This document shows positions 52,531-64,000 of a stretch of DNA of 64,000 bases, one piece after another. The translations under genes were made by a program, and so were the position numbers. The notes under the pieces were generated by a model. The model did no database searches, was not told the DNA's origin, and worked only from the letters and a program-made list of their open reading frames with translations. The stretch's first letter is position 1. Every line of letters begins with the position of its first letter. This DNA is from Eledone cirrhosa (lineage: Eukaryota): positions 114,328,001 to 114,392,000 of the forward strand of contig OZ024742.1 of NCBI GenBank assembly GCA_964016885.1, written 5' to 3'.

Positions 52531-55500
52531 AATAATAATAATAATAATAATGATTTCATTTATTGGCCACAGGGGCCGACATATAGGGGACAATACAAAA
52601 GACTGTGACAGAAAAATCGAGTAAACAATACAAATAACAATACAAAGGTAACAATAAAAATATGAGAATCCTCCAATAGGGGGGGGGGGGGGTTCACCCA
52701 GGTTTTGCTCAGGTACCCCACCAATACTGAACAACCCGACATTCGAGAGCAGCCGGGAAGGGCACCCCTCTCCTCCTCAAATATATCCACCTACAGGCGC
52801 ATGATCAGATTAGGCCAACTCACACGGGCCATCTCTCCACAATCACCCACCTTTCAGCACATGTACTGGGGGGCAGCACTTCTCTCTCCACACTCACCTT
52901 CCTTTCCTAGTGAAACTTGAAAGAGTTTATGAGGGATTGGCCGAAGAGAAAAGTGTCTTTCGTTAGTCCTTTCAACCTCTTCCACCAAACAACCTCTTTC
53001 GCTACTGCCACCAGACAGAGGACAATTTCCTGCCCTTCCTGGCCAAACAGAAGGCGGCGGGTCGATCTTCACTATGGATTCGGCCGATAGCCGGATCCGT
53101 TCTACACGCGACAACAGCTGTTCGACATAACTCAACAAGTCAGTAATTCACGGACAAGGACGAGTGCGTGGAGAACAGTTTCGTCGCTCTGCGCGCATCT
53201 CGGGCAGGTCAGTTTGACAGCACTTCCGTGCCTGTAGAGTTTATCTCGAACCGGCAGTGCCCGCCGATAGCACTGCCAGGCGATGGATTTTTGGAAATTA
53301 TCCATCGTCCCCGGCTCGAAAGTCCTCCGGAATAGACTGGTTAGTTCGACTTCGTCGACGCCCAGATTCCCTTCGAGTGCGTCGCGGCACATGCCCACAA
53401 CTAATCCTCTCTAGAACTGGATAGTGGAAGTTCCACTGACAGCATTGCCCGCGTGGTATAGGGCAGTGAGTGCTTGGCAACATTCCAGATGCCAATCACC
53501 CAGTATCGGTCCAGACGTGACCAAGGACTGCAGCTCAGTCAAAGGCACGAGCTGCGGAAAGGCCCGTCTGACCAACGGCGACCACACCCGTTCACCGTTT
53601 AGGCAGAATATCTGGAGATGCAGCAGCCTCAGTGCGTGTCTTCGCATCATTAGCCACGGCATGCCAGTCCCTCCACGTAAAGGGTGCTGGCAGCAGATGC
53701 ACCACCTCACCAACGGAACCTGACCCTTCGACAAGGATTTGAAGAGGAGCCACCCCAATATGGCGAGCCACGAATGGGGGCAAGGAACGACGGTCAGACG
53801 GTAGTAGATGATGGACGCGATTTACGCGTTTCCCACCTCCGCCCGACCTTTCAGTGATAGCTTCCTCGCAGGCCATTTCTGGGTGAGACTGGCTAACAAG
53901 CTCGTCACATCGTCCCAATTCTTATCCACCTGGAGGTCTGGCCCGAACCAAACCCCGAGCAACTTTACCAATCGGTCCGTCCAGTGCCCAATGGTGCTGT
54001 TGGACTGCATGGACTTGCTTCTCTAGTGCCGAGTTTAAGCCCAGCGATTTTTCCTGGTTAAGTTTTGCTCCCGTCAACCTTTAATAGTCCTCCAATAAGT
54101 TGCGGACGACCTTGTTTTCTGTGGTGTCCGACACCATCACGGTTTGTTGTCCGCATAAGCCGACACAGCCTTTCCGCGACTCGGTTCTAACGTGATGCCC
54201 TGTAGCAGCTCCAGATTCCGCAGTAAAGGCTCGAGAGTCAATACGTACAGGAAGGAGATCTGAAACAATTCCGAGAGGTGGCCATTATTCTTTGACCACC
54301 GAGCAGATGCCTTTCTGCATTGCAGCGATACAGCTTCTGAAGAGGGAGCCGACGCCAGCCACCTTGAGGACAGCCTCCAGGTACCGATGGTCGACCCTAT
54401 CGAATGCTTTTGATTGACCATTTTGATCACAACCCCACCCAAGCCAGGTTTACACCCTACCCTCTCTATGATGTATCGCATCAGGTGGAGGTTGTGTTGT
54501 ATGGACTTGGTTTGGATTGTGCAGTTTAGCGCCTCCCGAAACAAATCCCCGACGACAATCGCCAACCTCTTCCCTAACACCTTGGCCAAAATCTTAAACA
54601 CTGTGTTGAACAGAGAATATGGGCCTGAAATTTTCTAATGTGTCCCTCTTCTTCTCGTTTTTCCTCATCAGCATCACTACGCCCCCGAATCACAGAAGTG
54701 GGAATACTCCCGCTCTACTGCCAGTTGCAGTAGAACACTTCGAGGAGATCGGAGAACATGTCTGGCATATATACATAAACATGTAGGGCAGACCATCCAA
54801 ACTGAGTGACTTGCGCGTCATGCAGCCAAAAAGGGCATCCTGAATCTCGGCTTAAATAATCGGCCTTTCGCAGCGCTCAGCATCAGCGTCCAGATTTGCG
54901 GCAAGCCATCGAGTTAGGGGCTGAAGTCCGCAACCTTCTCTGACCCACCACTTCCCCCGAACAACCGAGCAAAATGTTGGCGAAAGGCCTCACACAACCG
55001 CTTGGAATCGCTCAGCTCGTGTCCATCTTGATCCGTCAAAGACCAGATCGTGGTTATATTATCACGCTGCGCCTCTTCCACGCGGGCCCATCGAACAGCT
55101 TTGGTTCCTTCGTTTCTCAGAGTACGCGCCTTAGCACGTGAGTTGCAATGCCACTACAAATAGCCTTGTCAAACTTATCTACCCACCTCCCTTTCTATTT
55201 TTCTCTAACGCTACTTCTTTACTAAACTCTATCGATATTACTATGATCTGGTCCCTATAAGTCTTACGTGCCGGAATGACATGTTCAGCTTCCAGTAACC
55301 AGGTCACGCAGACTGCAATTGCATCCATTTCTAGAGACCTGAGTTCGTTGAGCCTGTGACCCTGCTTCCAGGACGATCCCTGACCTCGAATATTTAAACT
55401 TCCTACTCTTAATACGGCCATGTTGGCAGGCTAAAAGAGAGAGAGGAAAGGTTTACTTACCTTTCGTGGTCTCGTGAGGGTCGGGTGGTTCGATCTCCAT

Positions 55501-57594
55501 AGTCTTGTGGGAACCGCTTTAAAAGTTTTGTAGTGGGTTTTACGTTTGGTGTTCCCACGACCCGAGGAAAGCTGTCTCGTATCTCTTTGTATAAATCGAG
55601 CGACATTCGCGCCAGTAACAAATCTTCAGGTACGCGAAATGTGCTCGATTTAAAAATCTCCCCCTCTTTTTGTATTTCTTCACTTCGTGATACGAGGGCC
55701 TTCAGTTCCTTGTTGGCTCAACTGACGAGTACGAAGTTCTGTACGTTTTGTAGGTGTGATTTTATTTGTTTGCATGGCTGTGGTGGTGATGGTTTTGATG
55801 GTGTTGTTTCGGTTGTGTCTGTGTTTGTTGTGTGTGCGGTGACTGTGGTTTCAGATGTTCGTGTGTGTATTTTTTCTTGCGTCTGTTTAGGTTGTATGCG
55901 TTTGGGGGATTCTGGTGATGGTGGTGGTGGTATTGATGTTGGTGTTGTTGGGGAGGTGTTTGCGTGGGAGGTGTCTGCATTTTTTATTGTGGTTGTTTTT
56001 TTTTTCTTTTTGTGTTTCCTTTTTTGGTATATTTATGGATTTTGGTTTTCCCTCATCTTCAGTACTGGTAGATGAGGGGACTGTGTCTGTAAGTGTGTCT
56101 ATGCCTGTGTGTTTGTTTATGTTTTTATTGATGTGTGATTTTTGGGGGGGAGGGGGAATTTGAAAACTTTCCTCGTTTTCCCTGGGTGGTCAATGTTGGT
56201 GGTGGTCTTTCTATTGGTGTTGTTGCTGGTATTTTGCCGGTGCTGGTTTTGGTTTTACTCCTCCCCCCAGCGTGGCAGCATTGGAGCCATTAGACCCCTT
56301 GCATCTTTCAGCAGTTAAGTGCAGAAGGTTCGCAAATTGTTTTTTTCCCCACAAATAAAACAATGCGGCATTTTGCCCTCGGTCATTATGTGAATGAATC
56401 CCATTCTGAAGACGGATGTGGTCCGGGGATGTCTTCACATTCTCTGCCTGATCTGGAGAAGTATCTCCAAGTCAACCCCGAACCAGTCCTCTCTGGCAGT
56501 TCTTGTTACTTATATCGGGACGGTAACCGTCCCCTCCACAATCAAACATCCCAGAAGACACCACGTGTCTAGTCCTGGTGGGATTCTGGGAATGCGGAGA
56601 CGGGCCATTCTTTTTCCCATGTGGGAGGGGTACGGTATGACCTTTCTGGTTTTGCAAGGTGTCATAGCATGTTTCATAGGAAGGGCTTCATACTTAAACA
56701 GAACCGAACTGGTGCTGTATTGTCTGCCCGTCGCTATGTATTCGTTGTGGTCCCTGATGCATCTCCGCGCGACTTCGACATATGCTTGTGGAATTAAACT
56801 GCCCTCTTGGTTGCTGCTGAGATGCATATGTAATGCACCATTCTGCGCTCTACTGCTTCAATAGCTTCTACCGAAACAGTTAAGACCCAGGTTTGCTCTT
56901 GCTTGGTGAGCTTCCACGCATGGGCCACATTTTCATCTTTGTTTGGGAGGTCCATGTTGAAGCATGACCTCTTTTTGGCTGCTGCCGCAGCGAAAGTGTT
57001 CTTCTTGTTTTCGTTGGTGGTGTTGCTGTTGTCGTTGTCATTGTTGGTGTTGTTGCTGTTGTCACTGTTTCAGATGGTTACAACTTTGGTGTCGCCGTTG
57101 TTGTTGTTCTCAGTGCAGTTGGTATCGTTGCTGTTGGTGCTGTCGCTATTTGTTTTCATGTTAGTGGTGTTAATATTGTTAATTTTTTCATTTATCCGTA
57201 TTTTCGTTGTCACTGTTTTTCCAAAATTATAGTTCTCAGTGTTGTTGTCATTGCTGTCTTTGTTCACGTTGTTTCTGGTGGTGCTTTTTGTATCAATTTC
57301 TGTATATTTCGCCGTAACGCTCCTCTCAACTGTTACGTCGTTGTCACGCGACATTAGACATATCGTTGGGGTGCGTGGATCAGCCATGTTATTATTTTAT
57401 TTTCGGATAATTTTTTAAAATGTAAAAAAGTTCAAATATTTGGACCAAAAGGCCTAAATAGTATACATTCCCCTTTGCAGGGCAACGTCCAAGGGGTTAT
57501 ATCCCTTGTACAACAACAACAAATACAATAAATAAGTTTTGACAGGTAAATAAATAGACTTACGAGAGCGAGCAAAAAGACGTCGGTTCAGACC
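52531..57594 (-). mobile_element. Tx1 LINE of the same family as 493-5118, with an APE deletion
   Basis: Shared 5' UTR and ORF1 start (57387); ORF2 starts 55421 with MAVLRVGSLNIRG; RT and CCHC remnants; (ATT)n at both ends. Confidence 0.9.
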
Positions 57595-57615
57595 AATAAT
57601 AATAATAAATAATAA

Positions 57616-57652
<37 letters not shown>

Positions 57653-58375
57653 CACAAAGAGAAGTGTGTTACACTGTGTAACACACTTCTCTTTGTGTAA
57701 TATATACTTGCATTTGAGCTCAGAATTAAATTCTCTATTCTTCTTTGAGTTAATATTATTATTATTATTAGAGTGAACTGCGGAATACTCTTAATTCCGA
57801 TCTTTGGGTCATAGCCGACTAAACCGGCAACTCCACCAAGCCTGCTTGGTGAGGTGGTGATATTTGGACAATCTGCAAGATGAAATAAATGACCCTGCAA
57901 AAGGCGGAGGAGCTCAGCAGAGCCAACGGCCACCCAAGAGAACATTTTGTTTTTCACCTGGGAATGAAAGGCTACCAGTTGTTTTTACAACAACCTTTTG
58001 AGTGAGGGAAACTCTGAGAAAAAATCTACGGCTTCGGAAGCACCCGATGATGTTGAACTGTTGGGGTAGTGTTTTCAATGCTCAGAGAGTGGAATTGGTC
58101 GAGAGCAAGGTCTTCCCCCAGTTTAAAAAGAAAACTTGAAAGCATAGGCATTGCTTGTTCAGGATCTGTTACAGTTTCGTATGGCAAGCCGTAGCCTAAA
58201 TGTGCACCATTTTCTGCAATCTGAGAAGTGATTGCAATACACATAGCAGAGCTTTCAGCCAACATATAACATATTCGTACGTAATGGTTTGGGGTGGGAA
58301 CGTGTCTACACGGCAAATATAGGTCCTGAAACCTTCGTAACTGAGCCTCATCAACACAAACCTCATTATTATACC

Positions 58376-58415
58376 GTATTCTGATGAAGGACTAGTGTCC
58401 AAATTGCTAAGATAC
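58376..58415 (+). ncRNA. Degenerate minimal hammerhead
   Basis: GTATT-CTGATGA-aGGACtagtGTCC-AAA(G12 lost)-ttgcta-a-GATAC. Confidence 0.35.
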
Positions 58416-58584
58416 TCTTCCTGCGATTTCAAGCGTTGAAACGAATATATTCCTCCCATATAATCTGCCGCTTTATTTGTTATTGTTGTTATAGTCTGCT
58501 TAGCATTTACATAAACACACACACATACTCACCCCCACACACGCACACCCACATACACACACACGCACACACGCACACACACAG

Positions 58585-58682
<98 letters not shown>

Positions 58683-58730
58683 TTATATATACACATATAT
58701 ATATATAAATACATATATATATATATACAT

Positions 58731-58796
<66 letters not shown>

Positions 58797-58826
58797 ATTA
58801 ATAAAAATAATTCCAACATTCATTCT

Positions 58827-59060
58827 TTTTATTTACAATGCCTTAAAATGTATAATGGTATTAAAATTAAATAGTATGGTAGAATATTAAATGTTAAGTG
58901 TTAATTGAACAAGTACTTTTATGCTTTCGCAATCTTCAGGTTCATATTCTGTGGTGACAGTCAAGTTTGCAATGTTCAACTGTAGTTGAAAATTGCAAAC
59001 TTGATTAACATACTATTTTATTCTAATACCATTATACATTTTAAAGGATTGTAAATAAAA
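58827..59060. repeat. Small foldback with arms of about 52 bp, enclosing a hairpin and a degenerate hammerhead (58906-58944, minus)
   Basis: Arms 58827-58879 and 59009-59060; minus strand TGAAC-CTGAAGA-tTGCgaaaGCAt-AAA-AGTACT-T-GTTCA. Confidence 0.6.
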
Positions 59061-59292
59061 CGAGTAAATCAGACAAATCGGTATACCTTATATTAATATA
59101 ATCTTCTATACACAATCATACACACCCGTGTATATTTATTTCTATATATATATATGTATATATATATGTAGGAGGTGAGTTTTATTGTAGCACAATAAAG
59201 CAATGCAAATATCGGATAAGTAGCACTCTACAGTTTGTAGGACCGGAGTATAAATAATATAAGATCAAAATATGGTTAAAAGAGTTCCAAGT

Positions 59293-59361
59293 ATTTTATT
59301 ATGCGCATTTCAAAAACAAATAACATCATTGAATAATATCTACGTTCTCATCAGATACAAT
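59293..59361 (-). ncRNA. Type I hammerhead with long stem II (copy 62346-62414, +, G12 mutated)
   Basis: ATTgTAT-CTGATGA-[gaacgtagata...tatttgttttt]-GAA-ATGCGCAT-A-ATAAAAT. Confidence 0.7.
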
Positions 59362-60846
59362 AGGGAGACATGATATGAAGCCTAAAAAACACTTGTGAAT
59401 AGTGAAGTTTTAAACTCACAGGTTCGTTTTAATTGCTCTATTTCTAACTTAAATTTATGGTTTGGTACATCTGAAGTAATTGGCTGGTTCAACAACCTGA
59501 ATAAGAAAAACAAACACAAATTTATTCAATTTGATATTGCCAGCTATTATTCTTCTATTTCGCCTTCACTTCTCAACAACGCTCTATCTTTCGTATTTAA
59601 ATATTGTGACATCACCACAGATGAACTTTACATGATTTTCACCGCAAGAAAAACTATCTTAGAATTCAACAATGAATACTGGACTAGAGCCGATACTTCC
59701 AACAATTTTGATATCACAATAGGTGCTTCCGATTCATCGCAATATACAGATTTGATTGGTATTTTTATTTTGAATTCTTTCAATCGGAAAATTCCTCAAC
59801 TTCGCGATGGAATTTATCGTCACGATGGACTTTTTACTATCTTAAACTGCAACTTAGTTAACCTTAATATTATTAAGAACAATATACGTGATCTCTTTAA
59901 GCACCATGACCTTAAACTTGAATTTGATAACAACGTCAAACTTCTTGGATATATCCCTTAATCTTGACACTGGCCTATATTACCCTTACCATAAAAACAA
60001 TGCGAATCTAAATTATGTTAATTTTAAATCTAACCACCACGCTAACATTAAAAATGCTATAGTCAGTAATATTTAAAAAAAGAACCTCAAACCTATCCTC
60101 TAATAAATATATCTTCGATGCTAACGCCAATTACTATGATAATGCGCTTTCTAAAGCCGGTTATCATGATGAAATTAAATACCGTAAGGAAACCAATCCT
60201 AGAAGGTCTTACAGTAAAATAATTAATTATGAACATTCCAATAACTTAAATAAAAGACCTAGATACAAAAATATAATCTGGTATAATGTTCCTTCTTCTA
60301 TATATATTAATAATAATATTCCTAAACTATTCTTTAGGGCCTTAGATAAATGCTTCCCCCCTCACATCTCTATAGTAAAATATTTAACAAACATACAATA
60401 ACATTTTCTTATTCCAACACTTCCAGCATCTTTCTACCTTATTTCAGTATTATATATTATGTAATACAATTTACTCATTCTATATCAACCTCTTTATCAT
60501 TTTCCTTTCTTCGTTTTTTCTTTTTAATTTCTAACCTCTAATCTGTATTTTTTTCTTCGCAACTACTTCAAATCCATATTACTACTCACCACAACATTAT
60601 ACATTCTTCCATATTTCCTCATATCATTGGCAATAACAATTATTTTTTTAATACATTATAATATTACCATTAGAAGTCCTTCGTAAACATAAACTTTTGA
60701 CGTTAGATTTGTTTCTTCCTTAAAATGTTCATATCTCTTCCATCCTTTCATGCTCGTTTTAAACCTACTACTTAATTTGACTTTTACATATTACAATACA
60801 TAAAAACAAACTTAAACCCTAACTAATTTCTTTTAATATATTATAT

Positions 60847-61733
60847 TACTAGCAGTAAAGCCCGGCGTTGCTCGGGGTCGTTCAGTAGATGTGTTAAAGT
60901 TACAATATTAAGTTTCTTTTTTGGCTTAAAGTCTGTCTGCACGACTGTCTGTCTGCACGCCTAACGAAATTTACAGATACATATATTTTAAATAAACTTA
61001 TATAATGTTTGCTTTTTTTTTACGAAATATGTGCTTGTTTTACGTAGTCTTTAAATAGACTTGTTTTCAAGTAAACATATTGTTTTAAAAGGCTTTTAAA
61101 TGGAAATGGAGCAAAACGGAAGCTTAGTGTTCGAACTGATGAATTTTGCAGGTCAAAATTTTGCTGGCTCGACAACTTTTCGTGTATTGTGTTAATGTCA
61201 TTTTAAACGCTGAGAAAGCCAGCATAATTTTTTTAATTTTTGCACGCAGAAAATGTAAACAGAACGTAAGACGCTCAATGTAAACAGAACAAAGGGAAAT
61301 AACTCGTCACTTACGCTCAAAAATCGATACATTAGATTCGATTTCGTCACATAGGGTGGGTCAATTTGAAATATTTCTTTTCCGATGTCTTCGCTTGGGC
61401 TCAACGTACAAGGTAGCAATTTCGGTGCAATTCCGTCAGAGATTCTAAGAGGAGATGTGTGCCAAAAATCGATAGACAGACAGACAACCACAGCTTTATA
61501 TATATAGAACAAAGGGAAATAACTCGTCACTTACGCTCAAAAATCGATACATTAGATTCGATTTCGTCACATAGGGTGGGTCAATTTGAAATATTTTTTT
61601 CCGATGTCTTCGCTAGGGCTCAATGTACAAGTATAGCAATTTCGGTGCAATTCCATCAGAGATTCTAAGAGGAGATGTGTGCCAAAAATCGATAGACAGA
61701 CAGACAACCACAGCTTTATATATATAGATAGAT
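60847..61733 (+). mobile_element. Non-autonomous Helitron/HINE-like element with a 220-bp internal tandem duplication
   Basis: 5' TACTAG..CCCGGcgttgCTCGGG hairpin; 3' (GACA)n...CTTTATATATATAGAT; units 61286-61505 and 61506-61726. Confidence 0.55.
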
Positions 61734-62461
61734 TCCCATTAGAAAATATTTCGTAAACATATATACTTTTTGATGTTAGATTTTTCTTCCTTAAACAATC
61801 TTTTTTCTTCTTTCCTTCCGCGCTCATTTTAAACATACTATTTACGTACACATATTACATTACATAAAAACAAACTTAAACCCTAACTAATTCCTCTAAA
61901 TTCATAACACATTCATTCTTCTCCATTTTTTCACATTATATCCTTAATATCATTAATATATTTATTTTAATAATACATATTAATAAATTCTTTTCTTCGC
62001 ACATATTATTAAATCCTTCAATATACAAACCTTAATTTAATACTATTCTTAATTCCTTTTTCTTCATGCATAAACCTCATTAACTTTTAATTTCAAAATC
62101 TTTTAAATTATCTATTATCTTACAAAGGCTATTTAATTCCTCTTTGTGAGAGAATTTTTTTTTCTCATCATTCCTTCTTATACTCATCCCCCTCCATCCT
62201 TTACTCTTATTTCTTCCTCTTCCTTACCTTTTCCAGCCCCTTTACGTTTTCCAAATCTCATACATCCGTCTTAATTTATTTTTCATATGTTGATTTAAAA
62301 CTTCACTATTCACAAGTGTTTTTAAGCTTCATATCATGTCTCCCGATTTTATCTGATGAGAAAGCTGATATCATCCCATGATGGTATTTGTTTTTTAAAT
62401 GCGCATAATAAAATACTTGGAACTCTTTTAACCATCTTTTGATGTTATATTATATATAAAA

Positions 62462-62528
<67 letters not shown>

Positions 62529-62732
62529 AATAAAGATTCAGCGAGAATGGCATTTTCGGCGGGCAGGAAAAGCGAAGCGAAACGCAAAAATCAGAAATGA
62601 TACTGGCAAAGTGCTCAATAGTTAAAGAACAGAGCTAAACAATATGTTAATAAGCCATACAAAACTGAAAAGGTGGTCAAGAAAGCTTTAACCACCCAAG
62701 GCAAAAACCAAATCAAGCTATATATATATATA

Positions 62733-62842
62733 GGAACGAGTAGGACCCCAACGGCTGAGCTCAAGCCGTTTCGGCGGCTAATTCTGAGTCCAGAATTAGC
62801 CGTCGAAACGGTTTGAGCTCAGCCGTCGGGGTCCTACTCGTT
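62733..62842. repeat. 110-bp palindrome made of the two termini of the 31151-32551 foldback
   Basis: ggaacgagtaggacccc..ggctaattctg-agtc-cagaattagccg..ggggtcctactcgtt. Confidence 0.9.
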
Positions 62843-62922
62843 ACTATTACCCACTCTACTACCCTAAGTGTTGAGTACTTTGCTGCGTTATGGTCCACCT
62901 ATTTCCTTACCACGTTTCCTCC

Positions 62923-62965
<43 letters not shown>

Positions 62966-62967
<2 letters not shown>

Positions 62968-64000
62968 AACCAGTAAGACCCTGGTTACTGCATGTAAACA
63001 TAGGTTGCGTAGGACTTACCTCGCCCTTAAACCCCATAATGACCCGGGGGGGTAGACTAGGGCTATAACACCCCACTTGCCGATTTTGCAATGGGTAACC
63101 CCTGCCTGCCAAGGGAGACGTAAGATCTTCTTTGTATTCTTTTATCGCTTCCTTTATTTCCTTCCTTCCCCCCTCCCTCCTTAGTCCTTCTACCCCAGCT
63201 CTTCTCCTTTGTCGGCGTCTTTTCTCGCCCACCCGAGGCTGCCCTTTGGCTCCTTGTAGACTTAGTACCCCCACACCCTCCCCTAGTCTAGGATAGATTT
63301 GGCGGACTCCGCCCTTTATAGCAGTTGGTTTAGACCCCGGATACTTGTCCCCTTTTTCCGACCGCTCCCACTATTCTCTGTGCCCTCTATATTTCTCAGT
63401 GGCACTTGTGCCTTATTTTTTCGTTTCAGTATTTCTTTCTTCGCTTTTCTTTTGGGCGGGGTGGATTCTGAATTTATTCTTCCGTATTCTACCTTTACTT
63501 CGTACGAACTTTCATGTAGTTTGTTCTAGATCTTTTAGAGTTAGCATTAGTATATATTTTTCTCGGGACTCAGAATTATTATCTCGTATTAGTTCACTTT
63601 GCTGCACTGGGTGGTTGCTGGAATTGCGCCCGGGATGGAAACCTTTATTGTTTATTTCGTGGTAGTCTCTTTAGTATTTTGGCCCCTTTTGTTGACCCGT
63701 CACCGTATCATTTACGTACTTATACCTCTTAAAAGGGTCCTCGCCTAATCCGTCCCACCTAGTTATTTTACTTATTTCGTTATTTCTTTATTTCTTTCTT
63801 TACTTCTTTCTTTCTTTATTTATTTATTTATTCTAGACTAACAATAGCCAGAGACATAGGTCGTAGAATTTAATTTACTTTACTTTTTTCTTTACACTCA
63901 TTTGTTTTTCTTTACACTTATTTGCTTTTCTTCACTCTCAGCATTTTTTCTTTCCTATATATTTCTACCCCTATTGTTCTACCTACCGTTCCGACCTCCT
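62966..64000 (+). mobile_element. Diverged longer member of the 31151-32551 family; continues beyond the window
   Basis: 63540-64000 is colinear with about 31805-32230 (gcactgggtggttgctgg, ttgacccgtcaccgt, cctcttaaaagggtc, ccgtcccacctagt). Confidence 0.7.

Larger units (their letters stand above)
59255..62456 (+). mobile_element. Second Naiad-type PLE, truncated, with inverted pLTR ends of about 160 bp
   Basis: FIQFDIASYY, FDITIGASDS, IYRHDGL, FLDISLNL, SNHH, IIWYN; 59255-59414 is inverted to 62294-62456. Confidence 0.85.

Noticed and set aside
58436-58819. YIYI/THTH/CVCV ORFs here and at other microsatellites
   Set aside because: Translations of (TA)n and (CA)n repeats
1-64000. CRISPR array, prokaryotic operons, rRNA or tRNA genes
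   Set aside because: No repeat-spacer arrays or dense coding; tRNA-like boxes occur only within SINEs

Overview
Eukaryotic, AT-rich and microsatellite-rich DNA made almost entirely of decayed retrotransposons. The tRNA-type SINE and the TE mix resemble octopus genomic DNA; this is an inference. No intact host gene is visible. Contents: four long Tx1/L1-clade LINEs in two head-to-tail pairs at (ATT)n tracts, plus ORF1 fragments; four Penelope-like elements (two Neptune-type and two Naiad-type; three with inverted pseudo-LTRs); R4/Dong-type and RTE LINE fragments; SINEs; a Helitron/HINE-like element; and possible degraded GPCR pseudogenes. The main hidden signal is about 15 type-I hammerhead ribozyme motifs read by eye, intact or degenerate. 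Most have palindromic stem III and several carry the U3-A8 compensatory core. They lie in Penelope pseudo-LTRs and in non-coding satellite elements: a 3.07-kb direct-repeat retrozyme-like unit, a 1.4-kb foldback with outward-facing ribozymes, and its 110-bp palindromic miniature. A second recurrent signal is a perfect G|GTAAGT splice donor at the ORF1 end of all four long Tx1 copies.
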